Assembly: GCA_051294375.1 (NCBI GenBank)
Contig: CM119264.1
Location: forward strand, 16,589,245-16,653,244
DNA from: Paraspadella gotoi
Lineage: Eukaryota > Animalia > Chaetognatha
DNA: 64,000 nt
Direction of reading: 5' to 3'
The notes beneath the pieces were generated by a model that was not told where the DNA came from, did no database searches, and saw only the letters and a list, made by a program, of their open reading frames with translations. Positions 1-16,202 of this stretch are shown here, in pieces; within the stretch, counting starts at the first letter, position 1, and the number at the start of each line of letters is the position of its first letter. Made by a program: the position numbers and the translations under genes.

Positions 1-171
1 GACTCCTTTTTATTTATGATCACCAAAACCAAGCACTCTGTTTCCCCTCCCACCCACCCACTTAACTTTTTCTCAGTCCTCACGAAAAATTCAAAACGGA
101 ACCCGCTTTTTAAAAGACGCCCATAAACGCTTTCACACTTTGCATATTTTAAAAGGCGGCAGAGGACAAAC

Positions 172-2720
172 CTGAATTCACGAGCCATTTTTGTCAGATG
201 ACATCGAGAGCAACGCAATGAATCTTCGTTTTTGTCAAGAGATGACGATGACGATGATGACACTGAAATGTCGCTATCGTCCTGCAAAAGAGTAAAATGT
301 AGTTTCGTTTTTACGGTAGCTGCTTGACTACGGAGTAATTGTCAGTAATTGTCAGTTTATATGAAAAATGATGTCGTGACTCAAAATTGTGCAGAAAAAA
401 AAAGGGAAAGGGAAGATGAATGCTTGTAAAATTGATTGGCCTCACTTGCCATTAAAAGAACGTCGGCCATGTCGCGATGCCATTTTGTTTTTGTTGTGTC
501 CCGAGAGGGCGACTGAGGTCTCGGGGGAAATTCTCGCCGTAGACGCGAATCTGAATTCCATGTTTTGATCTTGATGCCATCTTGACCCGAGATGATCCTC
601 AGTTTACCTTTCAGGAAAAGAAAAAAAGTTTTTCTTTTTTATTTTCTTGTTCCACTACTTCCCCCGAAACAAAAAAAAAGAAATCCTAGATCTCCTAAAT
701 CAAGATGGAACTTGGAAAAAAAAAATCATTTCTCCAATTCACTATCCTCTCACAGCAACTGAACAGCACCTCCGCGAGCCTTTGCTTTCTTCTCCTGCAG
801 CAGCAGCAGCTGGAAGGCGTCGCTGATCGCGCTGGTTTGCCGCAAGATGTTGTCATGAATTTGGGACGAGTTTGGGCGGAAATGGTCGTCAACGGCGGCG
901 CGGAGAGACGTCAAATCTCGACGCTGACGCCAAAGCGACGATCGTATTCCTCGCAGTTCCACCTTCAAGCGACGATTCAACGAGATGTTTGAAAATCGAT
1001 GACTGACCCTTCTTTTTATTTCTTTATTTTTTTAATTTATTTTTTAACTTTTAAACTTTTAAATTTTTTTAAAATTTTGTATTTATTTTTGTTTTTATCT
1101 AGGTATCAAATCAATGATGAAATAATTTTTTTTTTTTTTTTTTTTTTTTTTCTGAAATAAAAGAGACAATTTGACAATTAAGACAATAAGAAGATTAAAC
1201 GATTAAACGATGAGTATTGAGCAAGAAAAATTGCACTAATGGCACTAAAAATAAAATTCAAACAATTAAGGATCATTGCGGACATTGCAAATTGGAAAAG
1301 TATTAAGTATATCAATGAAAATCATGAGTGAATATTAGCATTAAATAAGATAAGATCAGATATTGAAAAAAAATTTCACCTCGATTCGTTGAACGTTCGA
1401 ATGGCAAATTTTGTCGGCCTCCCCGAAGCTGATGATGACCGGAGAAGAATTTTCCTTTCCCCAATTCGAGAATTCCGCTTCTCGATTAGTCCCTTTTTCG
1501 TGTGTGTCTGCGAGAAAAAAGGCAAATTCTTAACTCGAGTTTGTTTTTTAAAAATCGGTCGAAAAATGAAGTCGTAATTCACCGAATTTCTCATGGACTC
1601 CGTTGTCTTCGGAGGCTAAACCGCCGATCCTCGTCTTCGTTCCCGGGAAATCCGATACTACTTTCGATTATGTCAACGAAAACAAAAGGGCATCGGTTTT
1701 AATCTTTTTTTCGAGTCCGGCTCGAAATAATTAATATGTAGAAAAAACACACCTCTCTTCCATTGGTAACTCTTATCTCCTCTTTGGTTGATTTTCTTTC
1801 TTTGGGCTAAGGACGCGATCTGAAATGAAGGAGCTACTGGCGCCAAGAAGCCGCCATGAGCCACGCCCCTTTCACTCCTATCGGCCTCGTCGTTGACGAA
1901 CCGTCGATCCTCGCGTCGACCGACGCCGCTTGTCACGCCGGCGCCGTTCCCTGTGGCGCCCAGAGTCCCTGTGTCAAATTTTTCGTGATCGACGCCGCGC
2001 CCACTGGCTCCTTCTCTGCCGGCGTCACCGGGTGTCCCTTCAGCGCCAATCCCGGCGCTCAAATCCATTCTGATCCCAAAACAAAACATCGAAAGGGTCA
2101 AAAAGGTCGAAAAACATTTGAGAGTGAAAACAAGCCCTTTTCCATGCTGACCTTGCCGAGTTATCCATCCTTGCCAACTTTGGCCATGTTGGCGACCCCG
2201 CCGACCTTGTCGTTTTGAACCTCTTCTCAGAAAATCGATTTGTTCTTCTTGAGTAAAATCCTTTTAATGCGTTGTCGTTGTTGTTGTTGTTGTTTGTTTC
2301 GTCATCGTCTACGTCGTGTTTTTGCGAGTTCATCATCGATTTCCGTTGAAGCGACTCGACCGGCGTCCGAAACGATGGCTTCTCATTGGCCGAATTTCCC
2401 GGAGTCGTTCGTCCAATTAGCGATGGCGAGTCCCATCTCGACCGGCCGTCTGACTTTTCCCCGTCGACAAGGACCAAATAATTTCGCGTCCGTGTAAAAG
2501 ACCCTTCTCTTCGGGTCGAAGAATCCCGGGTCAGCGAATTTCGGTTCGGTGTCAACTGTCTCGTCGGGTTAGCGACGCCGACTGAGAGAAGAGCGACGGA
2601 GAAAAAAGCGAAACAAAAGACTCCGAAGCGAAAAGGACAAATCCGCCCGTTGGCTCGCATGTGGGCGGGGAGAGGGCGTCCGTGGTCATCGGGGGCGAGA
2701 GGAGTTAGAAACGGAGTCAT
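172..2720 (-). CDS. Secreted precursor, 5' part (continues left of window); probable myostatin/GDF11/activin-type TGF-beta family prepro-protein with a long N-terminal extension
   Basis: Seven phase-compatible exons: 2720(or 2660)-2152, 2069-1753, 1657-1583, 1507-1380, 962-770, 607-450 (GC donor), 281-172. A signal-peptide-like stretch reads MRANGRICPFRFGVFCFAFFSVALLSVGVA. The last exon ends CSRCHLTKMAREF(R), with the same spacing as the GDF11 prodomain CPVCVWRQHSRELR (from memory). The gene model is better supported than the family call. Confidence 0.55.
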
Positions 2721-3651
2721 CTTCGCCAACCCCCGCTTTTTTTCAGACGATGCTCTTGAGATTTTCACAAACCGCTTCGAGTTTTGTTTGTTTATTTTAC
2801 TTTTAGAGTTTAAAACTTTTCGGCATTCACGCTGAGGTGAATTCTTTTTTTTTTTTAGTAAATTTGAGAAGAATCCTTGAGTGGATAAGTAAAAAATTGG
2901 TAAATTGGAGAAAGAGAGAAAGAAGTATTTTTCAAGTTAAGCATGTTTTGCCGAACTCCGGATTTCCGCTAATAGAAAAAACATCAAATATATTTCAAAA
3001 TTATAATTTACGTACTAAAAAAGAAGATTTTTATTCGCTCGTACTTTTCGACTGAAGTCACAACTAGATAGATGTGCTTCGATTCCTTTTTCATTTTTAA
3101 AGGATAAAAAATAAAGAAAAAAAAACAAAAAGGAGCGAGTCGGTAAATTCAAAAAATTACTCAACTTTTAAAAAAAATCACAAAGGAAAAACAAAAAGCG
3201 TGAGGGTGTGAAGGGGAAACGCGATCCGGATTTTCACTTCCATTTCTTATATTTTCCAGATTTGTTTTCACTGATATGAACTCGTGCCAGTTTATCACAT
3301 CAGTCGATCAAATCTGATTGTAATTTTAGCCCATAGTTTTTCTCGTTTGTTTTAATTAAAAGCTATTTTTACGGGTGCAGAAAGCACATAACACGTACTG
3401 TCGCTTCTTGCGCTGCTTGAATTTAGTACATAAAATATTTTAGTTTATAAACAATAAAAAATCTCTTAATATTAATGTATCGATTTATTTTTTTCTCTTT
3501 TTTTAAAAATAACATTTCGAATTTTCTAAACGTGCACTGAAAGAAAGAAACCATTTGTAAATTAAGTAATTGTTTTTATATTAAGTTCACATAAAATGGT
3601 GTCGAATTCGTTTTTCGTGCGTGAACTCGTTATGTTTGAACTCGTGTAAAG

Positions 3652-7669
<4,018 letters not shown>

Positions 7670-8210
7670 TATGACAAAACTACTGGGACGATCTAAAGAA
7701 ACTTTCGTAAAAAAAAAAATCAAAACCGCATCTTTCCGTATCCAGATAAATTTTTTCCACGTTATCGTCATTTCCATGAGCATCACCTTTATGTATTTCT
7801 ATTTATAATTTTAATTTATTGATGAAATAATGAAATATATCACGGTGTTGTTAAATAAGATTTCGTTTAAAATTTTTTTGCATTTCTTTAAGAAAAAAAA
7901 AATCATAAAGGGCGTAAAGGAAATATTGTTTTAAAGCGTAACTACATATGTAGTAGGTTTTTTTTTCCGCCTCCTCCTTTAAATTCCTCGGAGTCTCGTT
8001 AATCTCGATAGCGGAAATCGGAAGGACGTGAATTGACGAGAAACGTTTCCTTTTAAATCGCTTTCATTAATTTATTTGCTCTTCATTTAAAATAAATTGA
8101 CGAGCGCCTTCATTGATCTTTTGTTGAGAAATAAATACTGAAAAGGAAGCTTGCATTCGATCTTAATCGTGACTCGGGTTTTTTCTTCTTTTTGCGAAAA
8201 GAAGTCACTC

Positions 8211-9589
8211 TTAATTAGGAAAAGTGACCAGAATTTCTGGCAGAAACCGAGTCTCACGTGAGAAAGATGAACGTGACTCAATCTTCTTTTAGAAGAGAAA
8301 TAACCGTAAACTCCTTTTCCCTTTATGTGGCAACGGCGGTTATAAAATAAGCCAGCGACTCACCGTTAACGATTTCTGCCGCAAAGAATCTTGGTCTTCT
8401 TTCTCTTCGTTTTCCTGTTTTTATGCGTCTCCCGCGTTTATTCTGCGATGTTATTCGGGTCAGAGGGCGACTGCGAGCACCTCTCACGGCATCGTTTGTG
8501 ATACAACCGATTCCCACTCACTGCGCTTACCCACCCAAGCGTATTTATAGCGTCTGGGCTCGTAACGTCACCTGTTTCTCCATCAAACGTTGGCGTGCGT
8601 CTGCGTCACGCGTCTTTCGTCTCTCGACGCGCGCGGAGTCACGCGATTTCGTCTTTCGACGCGCGCGATCAACTTCGAGACGCCTTTCGCCTCCGGAAGA
8701 CTTCGCCCAGCGAGAATTCTCCGGTAGATGGTTTTTCGTAGCGTGAACGTCATGCGTGATCGTCGTTGAAATTTTAAATCTTAATTTCGATTCCTCTTTT
8801 TACAAATATGAATTCTATAAATAATTTATTTGCATATTATATCACGGTAGAACCTGTTTCATATTTTGACTAATTCACGGGTTCCATTCTCGACCAATCC
8901 TATTTAAAATTACAAATATCGTATATGCAATATGCATAGTTGCGTACAGTTGTGTCCCAGTCATTATTTTTAAGTTTTTAAATTTTTACTTTTAATTTTG
9001 TTTCGGAACCGTTGCATCGAAAATCCAAAACAACTAATCATTTTTTATCTCGCCGTGACTTTCGGTTGCGTCCTCGTATGTTCATTGAAGCTACCGTCCT
9101 CGTCGCTACATAAAAAAATCTCAATAACGAGATTAATCCATCACCCGACGACAGCCCCTCGAGGCCGCCGGCAGCCCGCCAGCAGCCCGCCCTCGCAGGC
9201 ACCGCCGTCAGCCCGCCCGGCTGCGAGACCACGCAAATCCCTCGCTCCTTTTCTTCCGCTTCGGTCGTTCGATATCCCCACTTTCCGCTTGTTCTTTTTT
9301 TTTTCTTTGCAAGAAAGCGGGAAAGTCCTTCTGTATCGACCATCATCATCGATACTTACTACATTTTATTTGTTCGGGACGAGGTCATTGGCGGCTGATG
9401 GTTCTGCCGTCGCCGCAGACGCTGATGATGCTACTCGAAAAGCGAAGAAGGGAAAAGGAGTGGAACCCTTCCAACGCTTTAACCATCGAAAGGTTCTTTT
9501 TTTTTTACGCCGAAACTCATCTTTCTGTTCTGGTGGAAAAGGCACTCGAAGTGAGAAGGCAACGACAACGATAACGATGACAATCTCAT
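8211..9589 (-). CDS. Uncharacterised multi-exon gene (charged, low complexity)
   Basis: Three 3' exons join in phase: 8779-8572 (...DRARRKTKSRDSARVERRKTRDADARQRLMEKQ), 8414-8364 (ENEEKEDQDSLRQKSLT, gtgagt donor) and 8282-8211 (IESRSSFSRETRFLPEILVTFPN, stop). The upstream GC-rich patches at 9050-9590 were not resolved. Confidence 0.4.
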
Positions 9590-9752
9590 TGTCTGATATT
9601 CAATTTGCTTGCCTTGAAATGAGATTTTGTTTCGTTAATTGTTAGAATTATCTTTCTTTATTATTTCTTGACGCGTCTAACAGTTATCGATTCGCTTTAT
9701 AATTAGCGTCGTCTTGAGAGAGAAATCTTCCCTCACAAGCTCTGGAACACCA

Positions 9753-9806
<54 letters not shown>

Positions 9807-10006
9807 AAAGATTTTAGGAAACATGTTTAGGATAAAAACTCTACCCGATTTTTGTTTATATCTTTAAATACTTTTCTACTTGGAAATATCATTTTGTAAA
9901 TTGATGTAGCTTTTAGGGGCACAATGTAGCCCAAAGCCCGTTTCTTTAATACAATTCAATACAATTCAATTCTCTCTCTATCTCTCTCTCTCTCTCCACG
10001 GCGTAA

Positions 10007-12117
10007 CCCTTTGTCGACTTTTGGAACAGAAAGAACCTATTTGTGAAACTAGTCACATTCCATAAAAAAGACCTTGCATAGTGATCAAAAAAAAAATTAT
10101 AACCGGATAAAAGCCACTTGAACATACGGGCATAAATACCTATTCAGTCTTTCCATAGTAATGCTACAAAGTCTTAGGTAAGATAACAGTTTCCAAAAAT
10201 TATTCTTTCTCAAATTATAAGCAAATCTCTATTTCGGGTGAGTCTTTGAGAGGTCTTTTTCACCCACTTGGGTGGAAGAGAAAAATTATTTGACTTTGTT
10301 ATGGTATCAGCACTTTGTCTAGTTTGTTAACATATAAAAAAAAGATTTTCATAATATGTCACTATGTATGATATAAAAAAGAGTAAGAGTCGAAACATGT
10401 CCGACTTACTTGTCAAAAAAAAAAAATTCGTTGCCACATTTAAAAACTGTTTTTCCTAAATCCTAAAACAACGAAATTGAAAGTCTATACATAATGATAT
10501 AAAAAACATAGTAAAAACTCATAGAATTTCAGCCGATTTCAATCAACCAAATTTAGTTCCTAATGATACTAATCAGTTATCAATTTAAACTCATCCGCAT
10601 TCGTCCGCCCTTTTAAGAAATCCAAAAATGCTTTTCATTCAAAAAATAACAAAAAGAATTCGATATTCTTCAGAAATTGCTATATGTAGGACTAAGCTCT
10701 GACGAACAAAGCCAGAGGTTTTTTTAATATATTCTTATACCGGCCAAGGTAGAATGATGGCAATATTGTTAATATTAAGTTTAAAAAAATCCTACCTTAA
10801 ATATAGAAAATATTAACCAAAATATTTGGAAAATTGACCCCTTCTTTGGAAGATTTTCGCCATAGAAGATTTTTCCCGAATCTGACTCCCGTGTTGAAAA
10901 CTCTTAGAATTCCGATCGTTAGCTCCTCTTTTACTTTTACTTTAAATAAAAATTTCACCAAAATGGACTAATTCACTTTACCATGATCGTATCATATCAA
11001 AATAACAAATAAAATGTAAAGAAAAATTTTGAGAGCCCTTCAGACATATGGCTATCGATTCCTGAATTTGAAGTTTATTGTAAAAATCACAACATATGTT
11101 AAATGCGTTGACATTGTATTGAAGTTGAGAAATCCCTTTATTTTATATATAAAAATTGCGTCGAAAATATTTTCCCGAGCGGACCAGTCCATTTGAATCT
11201 GATGGTTTGATGTCAAAATGATGGTTATTTGTCAAGAGAAAAAAAATGCGAGCCCTTCAGATGCAACAGGATCGGAATCGAGTGTTTTTACATCTGTTTT
11301 TTTACCTGAATTTTTCCCAGGGCGTTGACATTATTTGGTAGTCAGATTTTAACGAAATCTCCATTGAAAAAGTCTTCCTCGATTTCTAAGAACGACGTAG
11401 ACTCCTACTAAATGATTCTTTTCTTTGATTGATTTTCCGATTTTAATTTGCTAAGCTCACTTTTAAAAAGATTAAATTAAAGATTTTATATTTAGCAAAC
11501 ATACACCTATTACTTATAATATAAATATAAAAAAATATTAAGTTAGGTCAATTTTTTTTTAATATCAAAATTATAAATCAAAAGTCATTCAACTACCATA
11601 AATAATTTCTTTAAGAACCAAATTTGTCGGTTAATGAATTTTTTCTCCATATTTTTTCAAATCAATCTTAAACATTTGAAACTTTTCCAACAACCTCAGA
11701 GGGCTTCTATGATAATCAGCATACGAGAAAAAGTTGTTTTTGCCAAAAAAGAGAGGTTTATCCGGAAATTTAGTCCATTTGGATCACTGTCCCCTGGGGA
11801 GTTCCCTGGCAATTTTTTAATAAAATTAATTTAAAAAAAAATTAGTTTTTTAAAAAAATCTTGTTAAAAAAATTGTTAAAAGTTTTTTATCATTTTATAT
11901 AAAATTTAGTGTTAATATGATAGTATTTTTTCAGGGCTTTTTGGTGATATAGTTTTAATCTTTCTAATGCAAGCCAATAAAATATTTTTTTCAAAAATAT
12001 TTTTAAAAAAAATTAATATTATTAAAAAATTACCAGATAAAAAAATTTTAAAATTAGCTAAGGGAATGTGACTAGTTTCATGAATTGGTTCTTTTTGTTC
12101 CAAAAGTCGACAAAGGG
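10007..12117. mobile_element. Non-autonomous piggyBac-like DNA transposon
   Basis: ~55-bp near-perfect TIRs: ccctttgtcgacttttggaaca...actagtcacattcc (10007-10061) and its inverse (12063-12117). Termini are CCC/GGG with gtaa/ttac flanks, read as degenerate TTAA. There is no transposase ORF. Confidence 0.7.
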
Positions 12118-12320
12118 TTACGTCATGTATATATTGGCTATGCAAAAATTGAAAAATAATTTTTTTTTGTTTTTATTTAAAAATTTTTACGGATACAAGC
12201 CTGTTTATGAGCTACTATTCGAATTTTGATTCTGCTTGATTTTAATATTTTTGCTCCGCTTTACTAATTATACTCTATTAACTACATCCTTTCTTTTCGT
12301 TGTTATTTAATATTTAGAGA

Positions 12321-12466
12321 AAACAAAGTGTTTTATGAATTTGTGACAACGATTTATTTTAATAGACGGACATGTTTCGACTCTTTGGGTTCGAGTCTTC
12401 AAAGAGTCGAAACATGTCCGTCTATTAAAATAAATCGTTGTCACAAATTCATAAAACACTTTGTTT
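12321..12466. repeat. Perfect 67-bp inverted repeat with 12-nt spacer, derived from the hammerhead-bearing repeat family
   Basis: Arms 12321-12387 and 12400-12466 are exact reverse complements and contain gagtcgaaacatgtc. Confidence 0.95.
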
Positions 12467-12604
12467 ACTCTATTAACTTAACATGATCATGTAATTTAGG
12501 CGCACTAAGCATCTTATATTACACATTTTTTTATTAAATAATATTTTAAATTATTCAGAACCAGCTATAAGTTTATATTTATAAGTGGGACAGACCAACA
12601 GTAA

Positions 12605-13421
12605 GGCGTAGTGAAAGTGACATACGAAAATTCTAAAAGTCAAATATGAACAACATACCATCAGTGAGCATTAATTTGTAAAAAAAATTAATTTTATGTT
12701 TTTTAATTTTCGCAGTAGGCTATATTTATATATAGTACTGTGGACGCAACAAATTTCAGATTAAGAATGAATATATTCTTCAACAAGATTAATAACAATA
12801 ACAGTCAAAAGGCTCAGATGCTAAGTCTATAACAATGGATATTTACAAGGTCAAAGATTGACCATAAAGAGAATGAGGGAAATGATCGAGGGTAAGGTTG
12901 GTAAGGTCAGTTTCGACCAAGGTTGCGTGTTGTTGTCGTTGTTGCTCCACAGTACTATCCTTATAAAATCGAAAAATTTCAAAATAGGCTTTTCTTAATT
13001 TTGATTGCAGATTTGAATTCCTCGTCAAAAGTTGATAAAAGAAAATATAAATCATTTTTAAAAATTCTTTCATTAAGTGGGTTAAAAATTAAAAAAACTA
13101 TATTTAATATATAAAAAGTTAATTTTCAGCTTAAAATATAGCTTTTTCTAATTTTTGACCCACTTAATGAAGGAATTTTTCAAAAAGAGTTTCTTTTTAT
13201 CAACTTTTTATGACGAATCCAAATCTGCCAAAAAATCTTAGAAAAAACTGTTTTGAAATTTTAACATTTATTGGTTTAATACTGGTATAAATATGGCTTA
13301 CTGCGTAAATTGTAAAATTTATTATAAATTCTTCTAATACATAAATGTTCATAAATATAATGTTGTTCGTTCCTCACTTTTAGAATTTTAATTAAAGTTA
13401 AACTTAGGAATTTTACTATGC
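12605..13421. mobile_element. Palindromic non-autonomous DNA transposon (Kolobok-like termini)
   Basis: Termini ggcgtagt...actatgcc are flanked by gtaa/ttaa. There are internal inverted blocks (gcagatttgaattc...tcaaaagttgataaaagaaa versus its inverse near 13190-13228). Homologous copies lie at 56171-57275 and ~23240-23354. Confidence 0.65.
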
Positions 13422-14495
13422 CTTAACCAACAGTGTTAAAGAGTTTATAATGATTTTTATCTGAATTGAGCCTTGACCTTTTATTTTTAATGGCTCAAAT
13501 ATCTGAATTTAAAGTTTAATTGAATGACTTCAATAGTTCTGTTTAAAGCCTCTAATTGGTTAAATTTTATACATTAAATTTGAATATCTGGTCTCTCATT
13601 GGCTATTAATAACTAGTAGATGTTTTGATTTGTATTCTTAAAATGTGAACTCTCCTCTCATTGGTTGTTATAATGTTGTCCTTATATATAAAAGGAGAGT
13701 AAATTCTTAATTTTTTCTTCGAACAGAGAGACCGACCAATAATGGACTCCTTATGTACTCCGGCGCAATTAAAAGAAAGGAGTTCGTCGAGATAAAAGTT
13801 AGCGAAAAATGTGAAATAATAAAATTAGTAAACGGAATTATAATCAAAATGGCTAACTGTACACCGAGGAGAGAGAGTCAGAGAGAGTGAGAATCAGGTT
13901 ATTAATATTTTATGAAAAGAGAGAGAGAAAGAGAAATATATTCAATTATTCATAACAGTTTAAGGTTTGATAGAGAAATCTTATTACTGAACCTAAATTT
14001 CAATTTTTTTTCCCTCTCTCTTTCTCTCATATTATTCGTCTCGCTCTCCCTTCAGTTTTCCTCTCTTCTTCTCCCCCACGACGCATCTTCGGTCTAAAAC
14101 GATTCGAAAAGTTATGTAAGAAAGTTTAGCTACCGCTGTTTGATTTCGTATTAATTAAAATTAATAAAATTTAGTGGCTAAGTTTCAACGTTTTAATTGA
14201 AAGAATGAAAAATTAAAATGATTCAAAACTGATTACAAGTTTAAATTCTTTTTTATTTTCCACGCGTCGACAGTATCATCAAAATACGATGGAAATGTCC
14301 TTAGCAACAATTCCATGGGTCTTTTCCGCATACAGATCATAGTGGAACATATCTTCTTAGTCACATGTCCACATTTTTAATCGTTCGAGGACAATATGAA
14401 ACATATCTGGATTTGTTGATGATGGTGTACTCTTAATTTTGAAAAAAAAAAACCGATTGACAATAATTACTTTACTGTATCGTGACGACCTTTCG

Positions 14496-14683
14496 GACTC
14501 TATATTCTGAAAGCGCCCCTTTTCTGGCTCTAAATTCTAATGGTTTAAGTTACGTTCGGTTCCAGTCTTTTTACGCTGTTATTGATACCGTTGCTGTTTT
14601 TTTATTCAATTTTGTTAATATTGTTTGTTATTAATAAAAAAAAATGGGGAAGCCAGAATGAGGCGCTTTTGGAAAATAGAGCC
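14496..14683. mobile_element. MITE, ~33-bp imperfect TIRs
   Basis: gactctatattctgaaagcgccccttttctggct matches the reverse complement of agccagaatgaggcgcttttggaaaatagagcc. Confidence 0.75.
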
Positions 14684-15339
14684 ATAATTCAAAAAATCAT
14701 TTACCCAGGGGTAAACTTCCCCAGGGGGCGGCACCTTTTATCCCTCAAGGGGAAGCCTTTTTGAGCGACGTTTTATCTCACCTTCATATACAGTTTATAA
14801 TATTTGAAATATCCCCGACGATTTTCCGGCACGTCAAAAATCAATTCTTGACCATAAGATGTGAATTTCCGTTCTCCATTGTCAAAGAGGAATTTTCCCC
14901 GAGGGTTAACTTCGTTCGTTCCATAAAGTTCAAGCCAGTAAGGGGCGCTCTTTAAGAGATGCGGATTTTTTGAAGCCCTGAGAGCTATCCTTCCAATCTT
15001 CAATTTCTTTCGTAATCTTATCCACATATACTCAGTCTGAATAGCGGAAAATAGAAAAAAAGTATAATTTAAATCGTCAAGTGGGTAATTACGTGGTTAT
15101 CAAAGTATGAAGCTTTAGATTACCGGCACATCCATCAAGACTTACTGAGACGGGAAGTTAACCGAAGCAGCCACACACATACCCTTACTTTTCGCTAAAC
15201 AATGTTTCTGTTAATCTTAAATAGATTGCAGTTAAATAGAGCTTGCCATCTCAGAAATTCTTGACGGATGCTACCATCACAGATGGAATCGGAACCAAAA
15301 ATAGTTTTCCTACAAGCCTTTTTGTAAAATTTATATGAC

Positions 15340-15750
15340 CAATAAATAAATAAATAAATTATAAAGCTATCTTGCCCCTGACTTTGAACAGGCTATGATG
15401 GTTTGAGGCTTCCATCGAAATTACAAGATAATAACATAGCAGGTCCCTGGTAGCTTTCAATCAATACCCTCTCACAGTCTCGTTTATTCACTCCCTGAGT
15501 ACAGAAGCTTCCCTATCAATAAAGTGGTAAAATGTTTCGAAGAATGTTTCAATTGTATAAATGGACCACTCCCGTAAGTATTAAATCGGAGAATACTATA
15601 ATGAACTCAGCACAAGAATCTATGATAAATCACCTGTTTTATATTAGTATACGAGCTTATCCAAGGGTAACTATCGTCAGTATTGAGGTTAAAAGCAGAG
15701 TAGGTGTAACTTTCGTGATCGGCGTCAAGGTAGTATTCTTTAGGGTCAAC
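15340..15750 (-). mobile_element. Longest copy of repeat family A, probable degenerate LINE 3' end
   Basis: Shares ~250 bp with the other copies and ends in a (TTTA)n tail on the minus strand. The 5' part translates to a decayed H...FNL.TDD...H.FLC..Y.ILR...YG pattern reminiscent of a LINE C-terminal CCHC region (inference). Confidence 0.55.
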
Positions 15751-16202
15751 TAGACGGCATTCTGATAAAATAAGATTGATATTTTTTTTATAAAAGAAAG
15801 TATTAGAAAAGCGATAGATACGATTAATAGACAACAATTAACAATTTATGAACAATTAACGATTATTAACAATGTTAACCCTTTGCCAAACTTCGAGCTT
15901 CGGCGGCGTGAAAGTAGCAGGTGACGAAAGCCAATAGAGCCAGGCGAGTCAGGCGGGCTTGGTCAGGCAATCCCATTTTGTCTTGTCTTTAATTTTTAAA
16001 GAAAAACTTTAAACTTGACCATTTCTTTCTCTAAAGAAAAACTCAAAATTATTAAATACTAAAAAAAGTAAAAAAAAACAAAAATTTAAAAAAAAGAGTG
16101 GAAATAAAGTAGAAGTTAAATTTATGAAGTCAGGGAAAAGGAAGTTTGAATTTGAAAGGCGACTCCATTTTTTTATAGGGCATTAAAATTTTTATTGTTT
16201 AA

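Noticed and set aside
8610-8670. RRKTKSRDSARVERRK resembles a bHLH-PAS or bZIP basic region
   Set aside because: No helix-loop-helix or leucine heptads follow it.
9340-9440. In-frame TAA within coding-looking sequence, suggesting stop-codon reassignment
   Set aside because: TAA and TGA end well-supported genes normally in this window, and this exon model is weak.
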